From Candidatus Omnitrophota bacterium (GTDB lineage Bacteria; Omnitrophota; Gorgyraeia; Zapsychrales; Fredricksoniimonadaceae): a stretch of 64,000 bases of DNA. The notes under the pieces are model-generated. The model worked only from the letters and a program-made list of their open reading frames with translations, did no database searches and was not told where the DNA came from. Shown here one piece after another: positions 1-10,620 of this stretch. The stretch's first letter is position 1; each line of letters starts with the position of its first letter. The position numbers were made by a program, and so were the translations under genes. The stretch is from assembly GCA_028865345.1 (NCBI GenBank), contig JAGWKL010000003.1, forward strand, positions 184 through 64,183, read 5' to 3'.

Positions 1-702
1 GAAGCCGATCGCCGGCGTGCCAGCTATTTAAGAAAGAAATACCGCCTGACAGTCGCGGACATCAATACTACCGTCGAAGAGGCGGGGATCTTGATTTTGG
101 CGGTGAAACCCCAGGACATGCCGGCCGTGCTTGAAAGTGTCAGGGCCTGCAGATGGGGCAAGCCCATCATTTCCATTGCTGCCGGACTTACGACAAGATT
201 TTTTGAGAAGCATTTTCCAGGCCTCAAAATTCCCGTGATCCGCTGCATGCCCAATATGCCGGCGCTGATCGGTGAGGGGATCACGGCCGTTTGCGCCGGC
301 AAATACGCAACGCCGGCGGATTTGAAATCAGCGCAGTCTGTCCTTAGTAGTGTTGGGGAGACGGTGGTTGTCAAAGAATCTATGATAGATGCGGTGACCG
401 CTGTTTCGGGCAGCGGCCCTGCGTATGTCTTTTTGTTTGTGGAACAATGGATGACTGCGGCGAAAAAATTGGGGTTCAAAGAGACGGAATCCCGGCAATT
501 GGTCTATCAGACGCTCATCGGCAGCGCTCATTTATTGGAAAGAAGTGAATTCGATGCCGCGACGCTCAGAGCCAAGGTCACTTCCAAAGGTGGAACTACT
601 CAAGCAGCTATGGAGGTGTTTTTAAAAGGTGATAGTTTTGAGAAACTAATGAAGAACGCTTTGCTTGCAGCAAAGAAGCGGGCGGGAGAATTGGCAAAAT
701 AG
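1..702 (+). CDS. proC: Pyrroline-5-carboxylate reductase, 5'-truncated at the window edge
   Basis: Frame 1 is open from nt 1 ([18 protein letters not shown]...) through the 203-aa ORF to the stop at 702. The C-terminal dimerisation region has the typical ProC motif pattern ([14 protein letters not shown]). Confidence 0.75.
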   Translation, partial: EADRRRASYLRKKYRLTVADINTTVEEAGILILAVKPQDMPAVLESVRACRWGKPIISIAAGLTTRFFEKHFPGLKIPVIRCMPNMPALIGEGITAVCAGKYATPADLKSAQSVLSSVGETVVVKESMIDAVTAVSGSGPAYVFLFVEQWMTAAKKLGFKETESRQLVYQTLIGSAHLLERSEFDAATLRAKVTSKGGTTQAAMEVFLKGDSFEKLMKNALLAAKKRAGELAK

Positions 703-723
703 CGGCGCCGGGCGGCTCCGGAT

Positions 724-830
724 TGATGTTGCCGAGCGGACGGCAAGCGTTCAAGTCATCTGGAAAGGGAAACCACCATCCTGGCCGCTGATAGTCTTCG
801 ACATTCGCCAAGAGGAGCACGGCAACATCA
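724..830 (+). promoter_or_regulatory. Candidate structured 5' leader of mtnP: 11-bp inverted repeat TGATGTTGCCG (724-734) / CGGCAACATCA (820-830) enclosing ~85 nt
   Basis: A perfect 11-bp inverted repeat was seen directly in the 166-nt proC-mtnP spacer. The RBS AAGGAAGGGG and ATG 869 follow. The only hint of function is a weak resemblance of GAGGAGCACGGCAAC to the SAH-riboswitch core, from memory. Confidence 0.25.
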
Positions 831-868
831 ATCCGGAGACAGGCCCCGGCGCAAGGAAGGGGAATAAC

Positions 869-1729
869 ATGGCCACAATCGGCATCATCGGCGGAAGCGG
901 ATTGTACCAGATCGAAGGGATCAGGAAGGTCAAAGAGGTCTCGGTCAAGACCCCTTTCGGAGCGCCATCGGATAAATTCATCACCGGTGAGCTGGAAGGC
1001 GTTCCCGTCGTATTCCTGCCGCGCCACGGCCGCGGCCACCGCATCAGCCCGTCGGAGATCAATTACCGCGCCAACATTTACGGGATGAAGAAGCTGGGCG
1101 TTGAGGCCATCATGTCGGTGTCCGCCTGCGGCAGCCTTAAAGCAAAATACAAGCCCATGGATTTCGTCATTCCCGACCAGTTTTTGGACCGCACCCGCAA
1201 AGGGCGCATCGACACCTTTTTTACCGATGGGATCGTGGCGCACGCGGCCTTCGCAGACCCTGTTTCCGGGGAGATCGCGGATATATTAGAGAAGGCCGCA
1301 CGCTCGCTCAGGCTGAGGGTCCATCGCGGCGGGACCTATGTGAACATGGAAGGCCCGCAATTCTCCACCAAGGCCGAGTCCAACCTTTACCGCAGCTGGG
1401 GCATGGACGTCATCGGCATGACCAATTTGACCGAGGCCAAGCTCGCCCGCGAGGCGGAGATTTCCTACGCGACGCTCGCCGCCGTGACCGATTATGACTG
1501 CTGGCACCCGTCGCATGATTCGGTCACGCTTGAGATGGTCATCGGTTACCTTAATAAGAACGTGGCCAATGCCAAGGCCATATTGAAAATCGCCATTGGA
1601 GAGGCAGGAAAACTAAAACGTTTCAGCGCCGCGGGGGCCATGAAATTTGCCGTCATGACAAACCCTGCCGTGATACCGGCCCGAAAGAAAAAAGAATTGG
1701 GGTTATTGATTGGAAAATACATCAAATAA
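869..1729 (+). CDS. mtnP: S-methyl-5'-thioadenosine phosphorylase (PNP/MTAP family)
   Basis: [13 protein letters not shown]... is the typical MTAP N-terminus, with RBS AAGGAAGGGG 8 nt upstream. The ORF-track start at 665 is an upstream in-frame extension; 869 is the family-consistent start. Confidence 0.85.
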   Translation: MATIGIIGGSGLYQIEGIRKVKEVSVKTPFGAPSDKFITGELEGVPVVFLPRHGRGHRISPSEINYRANIYGMKKLGVEAIMSVSACGSLKAKYKPMDFVIPDQFLDRTRKGRIDTFFTDGIVAHAAFADPVSGEIADILEKAARSLRLRVHRGGTYVNMEGPQFSTKAESNLYRSWGMDVIGMTNLTEAKLAREAEISYATLAAVTDYDCWHPSHDSVTLEMVIGYLNKNVANAKAILKIAIGEAGKLKRFSAAGAMKFAVMTNPAVIPARKKKELGLLIGKYIK

Positions 1730-4577
1730 AACAGATTACCAGAAGACCTTGAATCTGCCGCAGACGGATTTTGCCATGAAGGCGGGGCTCATCCAAAAGG
1801 AGCCGCAGATGCTCTCGCGCTGGCAAAAGGACAAGATCTACGATCAGATCCGCCGAAAGTCAAAAGGGCAAAAGCCTTTCATCCTGCACGACGGGCCTCC
1901 GTATGCCAACGGCCATATCCATATCGGCCATGCGCTCAACAAGGTCCTCAAGGACATGATCGTCAAGTACAAGACTATGAAAGGCTTTGATGCCTTGTAC
2001 GTTCCCGGCTGGGATTGCCATGGCCTGCCCATCGAGCACCAGTTGTTGAAAGACCTTAAAAGCTCCAAGTCCGATTTTGACACGCCCGTCTTTCGTAAAA
2101 AAGCGCATGACTATGCCTTGAAGTTCGTGGCCATCCAGCGCGATGAGTTCAAGCGCCTGGGGATTTTCGGCCAGTGGGATGATCCGTATCTTACCTTAAG
2201 CCCTCATTATGAATATTGGATTTTAAAATCTCTGGCGGAGTTGACCGGCAAGGGTTATGTCTACCGCAGTTTGAAGCCGGTGAACTGGTGTTTCAGTTGC
2301 GAAACGGCCCTGGCTGAAGCCGAAGTGGAGTACGAAGACCACACATCTCCGACGGTGTATGTGAAGTTTCAGGTCGAGAACCCGGAAAGTTTGGGTCTGC
2401 CCAAAGACAAAAAAGTCTCCCTGCTCATCTGGACGACGACGCCGTGGACATTGTTGGCGAATGCGGCGGTGGCGGTCCACCCTAAATTCACCTACGTTCT
2501 TGCGGAATTTGAGGATGAGATTTTGATCATTGAAGAGTCGAGGCACCATGAGCTTTTTATTAAGGGGCCTTATGGGGCCTTGGTTGTCCCCAAACTTCTT
2601 TCTCATGAAGGAACGGGGTTTCTCAATGAAAAGCAAGCCAATCAAATAAAACAGACGCTGGTCCCCAGGGTTTTTGGAAGAAAATCAGGGGAAGAATTAC
2701 AGAAAGTCACCTATGTCCATCCTTTTGCCAAGAAAGAACATTGCCCGGTTGTCACGGCCGATTATGTGACCAGGGAGGACGGCACGGGCCTGGTCCATAC
2801 GGCGCCGGGGCACGGCCAGGAAGACTTTCAGACGGGACTGCGTTACAATTTGCCTGTCCTGATGCCCGTTAATTCCAAAGGCGTGTTCACCGATGAAGGC
2901 GCGCCGTTTACGGGACAGCATGTTTTTAAAGCCAATGAACCTATCATTGCGGATTTAAAGAAAAGAGGGCTGTTATTTGCCAGCGAGCCTCTGCAACATT
3001 CTTATCCCCACTGCTGGCGCTGCAAGAACCCCGTTATTTTCCGCGCCACCGAGCAGTGGTTTTTAAACATCGATCATAAGGATTTGAGGGAACAACTCAA
3101 AAAAACCATTGAGACGCAGGTCGAGTGGGTCCCGCCGGCAGGGCGGGAGCGCATTTTAAGCATGGTGGCCGCCCGTCCGGATTGGTGCCTTTCCCGTCAG
3201 CGGCTGTGGGGCGTGCCCATCCCGGCCCTGGCCTGTGCCGGATGCGGGGGCAGGCAGAAACTTTTAGTCGAGGTCATCGAGCATGTGGCCGGGCTTGTCA
3301 AGACGCAGGGCAGCGGCGTCTGGTTTGAAAAAGATGTCAAGGAACTGGTGCCTGCCGGATTCAAATGCCCGGACTGCGGCGGTCATGATTTTCAAAAAAC
3401 CCAAGACATTCTGGACGTCTGGTTCGATTCCGGCGTAAGCCACCAGGCGGTGTTCCATGAAATGATCAAAACCCCGCTGCCGGCAGATCTTTACCTGGAA
3501 GGCTCCGACCAGCACCGCGGATGGTTTCAGTCTTCACTCATCCCGTCGGTGGCCATCGAGGCGCAGGCGCCCTACAGGCAGGTGTTGACCCACGGTTTTG
3601 TCGTCGACGGTGAAGGCCGCAAAATGTCCAAATCCCTGGGCAACGTGGTCAAGCCGCAGGAGATCGTGGACGCCTACGGCGCCGAGATCCTGCGTTTGTG
3701 GGTGGCGTCTTCATCCTATAACGAGGACGTGCGCATCTCCAAGGAGATCATCGAGCGCCTGGTGGACGCCTATCGCAAGATCCGCAACACCCTGCGCTAC
3801 TTATTAGGGAACCTGCACGGCTTTGATCCGGCCCAACATCCGCTCGAGTACGGGCGATTGTTGGAACTTGACCGCTGGGCCCTGAACCGTTTGGCCCGCA
3901 TGGTCGCGGCCATGGACCAGGCGTATGCGCGGTATGATTTTGTACAGGTCTTTAAAACGGTGTACGGTTTTTGTAATGAAGATTTGTCGAGCATTTATCT
4001 TGACATCCTCAAAGACCGACTGTATACTTTCCCCGCTCTTTCAAAGGAACGCAGGAGCGCGCAGACGGTTCTTTATCATACCTTGGACGCTTTGACCCGG
4101 ATTTTGGCGCCCGTGATGTCTTTTACGGCGGAGGAAGCCTTTGAGTTCTCCCCCAGGCGCCCGTCAGAAAGCCCGGACAGCGTCCATTGTTCGCATTGGC
4201 CTGACATTGATTCGCGCTGGCTTTCCGCCGACCTGGATTTAAGATATAAGGGTTTGTTTGAGAAACGCGATGAAGTGCTCAAAGCCCTGGACGAAAAAAG
4301 AAAATCCGGCGCCATCGGCAGCAGTTCGCAGGCCAAGGTCATGATCAGCGGGGACAAAAACACGTCAGCCTATTTGCGTTCTTTTGATGATTTGGCGTCC
4401 ATATTTATCGTATCTCAAGTTGAAATTAAAGAAGGACCGCAGGCCGTTGATATACTTCCGGCGGACGGCGTCAAATGCGCCCGCTGCTGGAAATGGCGTA
4501 CGGATGTGGGGCGCTCGGGCGCGCATCCGTGCTTGTGCGGCCGCTGTACAGAAATTGTTGAACAAAGATTTATATAG
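1710..4577 (+). CDS. ileS: Isoleucine--tRNA ligase
   Basis: 955 aa with the class I HIGH motif ([12 protein letters not shown]), KMSKS (KMSKSLGN) and a C-terminal Cys4 zinc finger (CARCWKW...CGRC). Confidence 0.95.
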   Translation: MENTSNKTDYQKTLNLPQTDFAMKAGLIQKEPQMLSRWQKDKIYDQIRRKSKGQKPFILHDGPPYANGHIHIGHALNKVLKDMIVKYKTMKGFDALYVPGWDCHGLPIEHQLLKDLKSSKSDFDTPVFRKKAHDYALKFVAIQRDEFKRLGIFGQWDDPYLTLSPHYEYWILKSLAELTGKGYVYRSLKPVNWCFSCETALAEAEVEYEDHTSPTVYVKFQVENPESLGLPKDKKVSLLIWTTTPWTLLANAAVAVHPKFTYVLAEFEDEILIIEESRHHELFIKGPYGALVVPKLLSHEGTGFLNEKQANQIKQTLVPRVFGRKSGEELQKVTYVHPFAKKEHCPVVTADYVTREDGTGLVHTAPGHGQEDFQTGLRYNLPVLMPVNSKGVFTDEGAPFTGQHVFKANEPIIADLKKRGLLFASEPLQHSYPHCWRCKNPVIFRATEQWFLNIDHKDLREQLKKTIETQVEWVPPAGRERILSMVAARPDWCLSRQRLWGVPIPALACAGCGGRQKLLVEVIEHVAGLVKTQGSGVWFEKDVKELVPAGFKCPDCGGHDFQKTQDILDVWFDSGVSHQAVFHEMIKTPLPADLYLEGSDQHRGWFQSSLIPSVAIEAQAPYRQVLTHGFVVDGEGRKMSKSLGNVVKPQEIVDAYGAEILRLWVASSSYNEDVRISKEIIERLVDAYRKIRNTLRYLLGNLHGFDPAQHPLEYGRLLELDRWALNRLARMVAAMDQAYARYDFVQVFKTVYGFCNEDLSSIYLDILKDRLYTFPALSKERRSAQTVLYHTLDALTRILAPVMSFTAEEAFEFSPRRPSESPDSVHCSHWPDIDSRWLSADLDLRYKGLFEKRDEVLKALDEKRKSGAIGSSSQAKVMISGDKNTSAYLRSFDDLASIFIVSQVEIKEGPQAVDILPADGVKCARCWKWRTDVGRSGAHPCLCGRCTEIVEQRFI

Positions 4578-4609
4578 TATACTTAGGTTTTAGCAGGAGG
4601 ACAGGCAGG

Positions 4610-4999
4610 ATGGTCTTAAAAAAGAAAAGAACAAACCCGAAATTCGAGCCGTATAAAAAACTGCTTTTGAGGATCAAGGAACAGATCGCCGGGGACATCC
4701 GCGGCCTGTCCGATGAGAACAACGGCAGCGGCAATGACCGTGGCGGTGATGTTTCGGGCCACGCCCTGCATATGGCGGATGTGGCCACCGACATGTATGA
4801 CCGTGAGTTCACCTTGGGTTTGGCCGCCAATGACCGTGAGCTTTTGTACCATGTCAATGAGGCCCTGCAGCGCATCGAAGACGGCAATTACGGCCTGTGC
4901 CAGACTTGCAAAAAATCGATTCCGGCAACGCGCCTTAAAGCGATTCCGCATGCGCAAACCTGTCTGAAATGCCAGGAATTGAAGGAATCAAGGCGTTGA
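4610..4999 (+). CDS. DksA/TraR-family C4 zinc-finger protein
   Basis: 129 aa with a C-terminal CxxC-x17-CxxC (CQTCKK...CLKCQ) and a coiled-coil N-terminus. It sits between ileS and lspA. Confidence 0.75.
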   Translation: MVLKKKRTNPKFEPYKKLLLRIKEQIAGDIRGLSDENNGSGNDRGGDVSGHALHMADVATDMYDREFTLGLAANDRELLYHVNEALQRIEDGNYGLCQTCKKSIPATRLKAIPHAQTCLKCQELKESRR

Positions 5000-5009
5000 T
5001 CGTAGCCCC

Positions 5010-5486
5010 ATGCACAGTGTTCGACGTTCCCAGTGGGACATCATTATTTTCTTGTCAGGTGTTGGCGTTGTTGTCCTTTTGGACCGCCTGACGAAGCACA
5101 TTCTCTCCGGCTTTTTGGGTTTGAATGAATCCATCACGGTGATCCCCCATATCTTGCGTTTCACCCTGGTCCACAATACCGGGATCGCCTTTGGTTTTTT
5201 CAGGGATTGCGGGGCCGTGTTTATCATCATTCCCGTCATCCTCACCGGGCTTTTGATTTATAACATCTGTTATTACCGCCATAGCCCGCATTTGTCCCGC
5301 ACCTATGTGGTGGCTTTTTCCCTGATTCTGGGAGGGGCCATCGGCAATTTGATAGACCGCATTTTATTGGGGTATGTGATCGATTTTATCGATTTCCGTA
5401 TCTGGCCGGTCTTTAATGTGGCGGACAGCGCCATCACTATCGGTGCCGCGATCATTCTGTTAAAATGTATTCCGGCCTCTAAATAA
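5010..5486 (+). CDS. lspA: Lipoprotein signal peptidase (signal peptidase II)
   Basis: 158 aa with four predicted TM segments and the conserved NxGxAFG and FNVAD motifs. The ileS-lspA synteny is conserved in many bacteria. Confidence 0.85.
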   Translation: MHSVRRSQWDIIIFLSGVGVVVLLDRLTKHILSGFLGLNESITVIPHILRFTLVHNTGIAFGFFRDCGAVFIIIPVILTGLLIYNICYYRHSPHLSRTYVVAFSLILGGAIGNLIDRILLGYVIDFIDFRIWPVFNVADSAITIGAAIILLKCIPASK

Positions 5487-5502
5487 TCAAAAAAGGATAT
5501 TT

Positions 5503-6258
5503 ATGCATCCTGTTCTTTTTAAAATCGGCCCCATCACCATTTACAGCTACGGCGTCATGCTGGCCACCGCTGTTTTGGTGTGCACCTATTTGTTGAGCCT
5601 TGACGCCAAACGTTCCAACATTTCTCAGGATACCGCCTATGACCTGGTGTTCTGGTGCCTGGTGGGAGGTTTTATCGGCGCCAGGATTTTTTATATTTTT
5701 CTCGAATGGCCGTATTACAGCGCCAATCCCCTGGCCATCCCCATGATCTGGGAAGGCGGGCTGGCCTGGCAGGGCGGTTTTATCGGAGGGATACTCTTCG
5801 GCGTATGGTTTGTCCGCCGCCACAAACTGTTTATAAGGCCGACCTTGGATTTGGTGGCGCCCTACATTGCCCTGGGCCAGTCCATCGGCCGCATCGGCTG
5901 TTTTCTAAAAGGATGCTGCTACGGCAAACCGGTCTCATGGGGCCCTTATTATCCGGTACACCATGCCAGGCTTTATCCCACCCAGTTGTTCGAATGCGCC
6001 ATGCTTTTTGTCATTTTTCTGGTCCTTAAAAAGGCCCAAAGCAAGCCCCACATGGCCGGGTTTATTTTTGTGCTTTATCTGTGGCTGGCCGCCGTCGAGC
6101 GTTTTGTCGTCGAGTTTTTCAGGGGGGACACCGTCCCCACCGGGACGCCTTTAAGCCTGGCGCAATATGTGGCCATAGGCGTTTTTATCTCAGGTTTAGT
6201 GTTACTGAAGGTCTTTAAGAAAAATGAAGCAAACGCTTACCGTCGCCCAGGAGCATGA
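5503..6258 (+). CDS. lgt: Prolipoprotein diacylglyceryl transferase
   Basis: 251-aa polytopic membrane protein with the Lgt signature region (GARIFYIFLEW...GGLAWQGG...GR). Confidence 0.85.
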   Translation: MHPVLFKIGPITIYSYGVMLATAVLVCTYLLSLDAKRSNISQDTAYDLVFWCLVGGFIGARIFYIFLEWPYYSANPLAIPMIWEGGLAWQGGFIGGILFGVWFVRRHKLFIRPTLDLVAPYIALGQSIGRIGCFLKGCCYGKPVSWGPYYPVHHARLYPTQLFECAMLFVIFLVLKKAQSKPHMAGFIFVLYLWLAAVERFVVEFFRGDTVPTGTPLSLAQYVAIGVFISGLVLLKVFKKNEANAYRRPGA

Positions 6259-7120
6259 AGACCTGCGTTTGGATGTCTATCTGGCCCAAAACCTGACGGA
6301 CGTGCCTTCGCGCATGTTTATTAAAAAATTGGCCGAAAAAGGCCTCGTGAAGGTCAACGGCCGCCTGGAAAGAATTAAGTACAAGGTCGCGGCCGGAGAC
6401 ACCGTTGAAGTGGATATGGGGCAGGCCGCCGCCCCCCAGGACATCCCGGCCGAAAAAATGGACCTGGATGTTTTTTATGAGGATGATGACCTGGCCGTCA
6501 TTAACAAGCCGCCGGGTCTGAGCGTGCATCCGGCCGGCAGCGCTCAAAGCGGCACCCTGGTCAACGGCCTGATCTGGCGTTATCGGGAATTGTCCGACGT
6601 CAATGGTGCCGACAGGCCGGGCATCGTCCATCGCCTGGACCGCGACACATCGGGTTTGATCCTGATTGCCAAAACCAATATGGCCCATGCGCGCCTGGGC
6701 CGGCAGTTTGAAAAGCATACGATCATCAAACGTTATGTCGCCCGTGTGGAAGGACAGGTAGCGTTCGACCAGGGGGTGATCGATGTCCCTTTGCAGAAGC
6801 ATAAGAAATATCATGATCACCGCCAGGTGGCACCCGAAGGTGAGGGCAAGGAAGCCGTCACCCTGTACCAGGTGCTAAAACGTTTTAGAAGTTCGACCCT
6901 GCTGGCCCTTTACCCTCAAACCGGACGCACGCACCAGTTGCGCGTTCATATGAAACATCTGGGCCACCCGATCCTGGGGGATGAAAAATACGGCCGCCGC
7001 GGCAGTTTTGGGCGCCTCGCCCTTCATGCCCAGGCGATCGCCTTCGCGCATCCGGGCACAAAAGCCTACCTTGAGTTTTCCTGCCCGACCCCGCCGGAAT
7101 TCCTGAAGGATGATTTATAA
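6224..7120 (+). CDS. rluD: 23S rRNA pseudouridine synthase (RluA/RluD family, with N-terminal S4 domain)
   Basis: Catalytic motif HRLDRDTSGLILIAKT and an N-terminal S4-like RNA-binding region. It overlaps the lgt 3' end by 35 nt, so the alternative start may be downstream. Confidence 0.8.
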   Translation: MKQTLTVAQEHEDLRLDVYLAQNLTDVPSRMFIKKLAEKGLVKVNGRLERIKYKVAAGDTVEVDMGQAAAPQDIPAEKMDLDVFYEDDDLAVINKPPGLSVHPAGSAQSGTLVNGLIWRYRELSDVNGADRPGIVHRLDRDTSGLILIAKTNMAHARLGRQFEKHTIIKRYVARVEGQVAFDQGVIDVPLQKHKKYHDHRQVAPEGEGKEAVTLYQVLKRFRSSTLLALYPQTGRTHQLRVHMKHLGHPILGDEKYGRRGSFGRLALHAQAIAFAHPGTKAYLEFSCPTPPEFLKDDL

Positions 7121-7197
7121 TTTTAGCCTTTACTGCGGTTTTCGTTCTTCTTATAATGTATTACTAACATTTAAAGACGCTGCACATAAGGGGTTTT

Positions 7198-8037
7198 ATG
7201 TCCATTAGAGGCGGAAGAACACTTACCATTTTTGTCATCCTGATCATTGTCTTGTTGGTGTCATCAACCAGCATCGGTTTTTATTTGTATCACTTGGAAA
7301 AACGTATGCTCAAGAATATCGAGAGGCAGCTCGATTCAGCCAACGCCGAGGGGGTGAAATTGCAGGCCCAGATGAAGGACCTGCAGGGCCAGTTGGCCTT
7401 GTCTCAAGACAAAAACAAGGAGGCTGACCAGAAGATCAACAACCTGCTTGATGAAGAAGATTTGAACGAGGGCCTGCGCGCGGCTTTGAAAAAAGAGAAC
7501 GCCGGTCTTAAAAGCCAGCTGGAAAATTTGACCCAGGCCGGCCAAAACATGAAGGCCGATCTGGATACCGCCAACGTTAAATTGTCCCAGTTCCAGGATT
7601 TATTAAAGACTTCGCAGGATAAAGCCGCGGTGTTGGAGGCCCGTCTGTCCAAACTGACGGAAACCAACCGCCAGATGCAAGACAAGCTCAATGCGTTAAA
7701 CAGCGGTTCTCCGGGGCAGGAGGCCTCAACGGCGCAGCCGGCACCTTCCGGCGGCAAAGGCGCCATGGAACTGGGCAAGATCGTCGTCGGGCCTCCCAGC
7801 GGCGCCACCCAGGGCAAGATTTTGAGCGTCGATACGGATGCCGATTTCGTGATTTTTAATTTAGGGTTAAAAGAAGGTGTCAAGCCCGATGCGGTCCTCT
7901 CGGTATACCGTGGGACCAGGTATTTGGGGGACATCAAAGCCGCCCGCGTGCAGGATGAAATGGCCGCCGCCGACATTGTCCCGCCCCTTACCGGCAAAGA
8001 TATACAGAAAAATGACACCGTGGTTTTAAAGCCGTGA
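7198..8037 (+). CDS. Membrane-anchored coiled-coil protein (hypothetical)
   Basis: N-terminal TM helix (LTIFVILIIVLLVSS), then ~180 aa of heptad-like Q/L/K-rich sequence and a C-terminal beta-rich domain (VDTDADFVIFNLGLKEGVKPDAVLSVYRG). Its stop overlaps the aroA start (ATGA). Confidence 0.55.
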   Translation: MSIRGGRTLTIFVILIIVLLVSSTSIGFYLYHLEKRMLKNIERQLDSANAEGVKLQAQMKDLQGQLALSQDKNKEADQKINNLLDEEDLNEGLRAALKKENAGLKSQLENLTQAGQNMKADLDTANVKLSQFQDLLKTSQDKAAVLEARLSKLTETNRQMQDKLNALNSGSPGQEASTAQPAPSGGKGAMELGKIVVGPPSGATQGKILSVDTDADFVIFNLGLKEGVKPDAVLSVYRGTRYLGDIKAARVQDEMAAADIVPPLTGKDIQKNDTVVLKP

Positions 8038-9263
8038 CATTCCATTGTCCGCCTGCCCATGGCCTGCAAGGCCGCATCCGTATTCCCGCATCCAAGTCCT
8101 ATACGTTGCGCAGTTTGCTCATCGCGGCCCGCGGCGGGGTCTCTCATATCAAGGATGCTTCGGATTGCGACGATGCCCTTGTGGCTTTAAGGACGGCAAA
8201 GGCTCTTAGAAGCTCTTCCAAAGCCAAAACAGCCTTATTTTCCGTCGGAGAATCAGGGACGACGTTGAGATTCCTGCTTCCTTTGCTGGCCTTATATACC
8301 GCTCGGGCCGTGGTCAGGGGCAAAGGCACCCTGGTGGGGCGGCCCAACGCGCATTTGTGCCGGGCGTTGCGGCGGCAGGGGATGGACATCCGGGGGACGG
8401 GACCCCGGGAATCTGTGCCCATTGTTTATAACGGCGGCGCTTTGCAAGGAGGCCGCGTCGAGATCGACGGCAGTTTGAGTTCCCAATTTATTTCCGGCCT
8501 TTTGATTGCCTTGCCGGGCGTTGCCCATGATTCACGGGTCATTTTGACGGGGAGCCGGCTGGTGTCCCAGGATTATGTCCGGATGACCATGCAGATTTTG
8601 GCCAGGGCGGGGATTGTCATCAAGCGTGTCTCGGCGAGGGAATATCAAGTCAAGGGCGGGCAGGTCTTTAAAGGTCTAAAAAGTTTTTGCGTTCCGTCCG
8701 ATTACGGCCTGGCGGCTTTTGCGCTGGCCGCGGCCGCGCTTTTGCCTTCCCTGGTCGTCTTGGAAGGGAATTGGGATGACGGCCTGGTGCAGTCCGACGG
8801 GCACATTTTGGAATTCATGCGGAGGATGGGCGTTGATTTCCAAAAGACCAGGCGGGCCATTAAAATCAAAGGGCCGTTTGATCTAAAGGGAGGTACGTTC
8901 TCACTCAAAAATTGCCCGGACCTGGTGCCCGTCATGAGCGTTTTGGCGCTTTTTGCCAGGGGAAAGACACGGCTGGTCGGCATACGTCACGCGCGCGCCA
9001 AGGAATCCGACCGTATCAGTGATTTGAGGAACGAACTTTTAAAGGTGGGGGCCCGCGTGGCTGAAACCGGAGACACTCTTACCATTGAGCCTCAGGCGGA
9101 TTATAAAAGCGGGCAACTGCTCGACTCCCATCACGACCACCGTTTAGCCATGGCCTTTACGGTCCTGGGCGCCAAGATCGGCTGCCGCGTGGCCGGCATC
9201 GAATCCTGCCGCAAATCCTACCCGAATTTTATCAACGACATGAAGTCCCTCGGTGCGTTGTAA
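8034..9263 (+). CDS. aroA: 3-phosphoshikimate 1-carboxyvinyltransferase (EPSP synthase)
   Basis: 409 aa with N-terminal LRIPASKSYTLRSLLIAA and C-terminal RVAGIESCRKSYPNF typical of EPSPS. Confidence 0.9.
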   Translation: MTFHCPPAHGLQGRIRIPASKSYTLRSLLIAARGGVSHIKDASDCDDALVALRTAKALRSSSKAKTALFSVGESGTTLRFLLPLLALYTARAVVRGKGTLVGRPNAHLCRALRRQGMDIRGTGPRESVPIVYNGGALQGGRVEIDGSLSSQFISGLLIALPGVAHDSRVILTGSRLVSQDYVRMTMQILARAGIVIKRVSAREYQVKGGQVFKGLKSFCVPSDYGLAAFALAAAALLPSLVVLEGNWDDGLVQSDGHILEFMRRMGVDFQKTRRAIKIKGPFDLKGGTFSLKNCPDLVPVMSVLALFARGKTRLVGIRHARAKESDRISDLRNELLKVGARVAETGDTLTIEPQADYKSGQLLDSHHDHRLAMAFTVLGAKIGCRVAGIESCRKSYPNFINDMKSLGAL

Positions 9264-9312
9264 TCAACCGCGTGGATTGCGGCCATAATACATTGCGTCG
9301 GGTGGCGAGGAG

Positions 9313-9418
9313 CGGCATTCAGGAGCGCACGGCAAGGGCGGCCTGACCTATTTAGTGAAACCACCTTCCAAAGCCGCTGAGCTATGCGATTCTGATCGCA
9401 GGAGCACCTGAATGCCGC
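9313..9418. ncRNA. Candidate structured RNA: 12-bp closing stem (GCGGCATTCAGG / CCTGAATGCCGC) with nested GCGGC/GCCGC and GCGAT-TCTG-ATCGC hairpins
   Basis: Nested inverted repeats were seen directly in the 276-nt aroA-mreB spacer. No known RNA family was confidently matched. SRP-RNA-like words (GGAAGG, AGGUCAGG on the − strand) occur but in the wrong order. Confidence 0.3.
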
Positions 9419-9539
9419 AACGAGCCGGGACCCGCCGCGAAGTCGAGAAACTTGTCCCTTATATATGCGTAAATGGTACAATCGCTTGGGCTTATAATTC
9501 GTTTGACAGCTCCGGAGCTTTTAGCTAATATGGTTCCTC

Positions 9540-10613
9540 ATGATTAATCAAATAAGGAAGTTTTTTAAGCTGATTTATGACCAGGCCCTGGGCCTGTTCT
9601 CAAAGGACATCGGTATCGATCTGGGCACCGCCACGACCTTGGTCTACGTCAAAGGCGAAGGGGTGGTGCTCTGCGAACCGTCGGTGGTCGCCATCGAAAA
9701 AGACACCAACCATGTTCTGGCCGTCGGTGAAGAGGCCAAGCGCATGCTGGGCCGCACGCCGGGCAGCATCGTGGCCATCCGTCCTATGAAAGACGGGGTC
9801 ATTTCGGATTTCGAAGTCACCGAGGCCATGCTCAAATATTTCATTAAAAAGGTGCAGCCCAACCGTTTTTCGTTCCGTCCCACCATTGTCATTGCCATTC
9901 CCTCGGGCATCACCCAGGTTGAAAAGCGGGCGGTGATCGATTCCGCCGAGCATGCCGGGGCCCGTAACGTGATCCTGATCGAAGAGCCCAAGGCCGCGGC
10001 CATCGGCGTCGGCCTTCCGGTGCATGAGCCCGCGGGCAACATGATCATTGACATCGGCGGCGGCACCACGGAATTCGCGGTCATTTCATTGGGGGGACTG
10101 GTGTACGCCAAATCCATCCGCATCGCCGGCGATGAAATGGACATGGCGATCATCGAATATTTGCGTAAAACTTATAATTTGATGATCGGTGAGCGCACCG
10201 CCGAAGAAATCAAGATCCGCCTCGGCTCCGCCTATCCGTTGGACGAGGAATTGAATATGGATGTGCGCGGCCGCGACCTGATTGCGGGCCTTCCCAAGAC
10301 CATCAACGTGACCTCCGTGGAGATCCGCGAGGCCCTGCAGGACCCTGTGCAGGCCATTGTGGACGCTTCCAAATCAACACTTGAGCATACGCCCCCGGAA
10401 CTGGCCTCGGACTTGATCGATCGCGGCATTGTCATGGCCGGCGGCGGTTCCCTGCTGCGGGGTCTGGACAAGCGCATTGCCGAAGAAACCGGATTGCCTG
10501 TGCATGTGGCCGATGACCCTTTGACCGCGGTGGTCAACGGAACAGGGGCGACCCTGAACATGTCTCCGCTGGTGCGCCGGCGTTTTACAGCCCAGGCCAA
10601 ATTAGATTTTTAA
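9540..10613 (+). CDS. mreB: Rod shape-determining protein MreB
   Basis: Actin-fold motifs [21 protein letters not shown] and [12 protein letters not shown]. Confidence 0.95.
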   Translation: MINQIRKFFKLIYDQALGLFSKDIGIDLGTATTLVYVKGEGVVLCEPSVVAIEKDTNHVLAVGEEAKRMLGRTPGSIVAIRPMKDGVISDFEVTEAMLKYFIKKVQPNRFSFRPTIVIAIPSGITQVEKRAVIDSAEHAGARNVILIEEPKAAAIGVGLPVHEPAGNMIIDIGGGTTEFAVISLGGLVYAKSIRIAGDEMDMAIIEYLRKTYNLMIGERTAEEIKIRLGSAYPLDEELNMDVRGRDLIAGLPKTINVTSVEIREALQDPVQAIVDASKSTLEHTPPELASDLIDRGIVMAGGGSLLRGLDKRIAEETGLPVHVADDPLTAVVNGTGATLNMSPLVRRRFTAQAKLDF

Positions 10614-10620
10614 GTGAATC

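Noticed and set aside
665-868. Upstream in-frame extensions offered by the ORF track (665 for mtnP; likewise 36471 for aspS, 43892 for the repeat protein, 49860 for the AsmA-like gene, 60518-60622 for the − strand ABC ATPase, 58648 for bolA, 13106 for yceI)
   Set aside because: The extensions overlap the preceding gene or lack an RBS. The family-typical N-termini begin at internal Met/Val codons that have Shine-Dalgarno sequences.
608-1243. 211-aa − strand ORF
   Set aside because: Entirely antisense to mtnP and the proC 3' end. Typical high-GC antisense open frame with no RBS or motif.
7404-8147. 247-aa − strand ORF
   Set aside because: Antisense to the coiled-coil gene and the aroA start. 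Low-complexity Ser/Ala/Leu-rich translation, characteristic of the reverse frame of Q/E/K-rich coiled-coil codons.
9261-9272. TAATCAACCGCG immediately after the aroA stop, repeated after the groEL stop (28159-28170, there part of the palindrome CAACCGCGGTTG)
   Set aside because: A single 12-mer coincidence. Roughly a hundred chance 12-mer pairs are expected in 64 kb, so this is not significant on its own.
9313-9418. Bacterial SRP (4.5S) RNA hypothesis for the aroA-mreB structured element
   Set aside because: GGAAGG and AGGUCAGG words are present on the − strand but in the reverse order relative to domain IV (AGGUCAGGUCC-GGAA-GGAAGCAGC), and no GNRA-capped helix 8 could be built. Kept only as an unassigned structured-RNA candidate.
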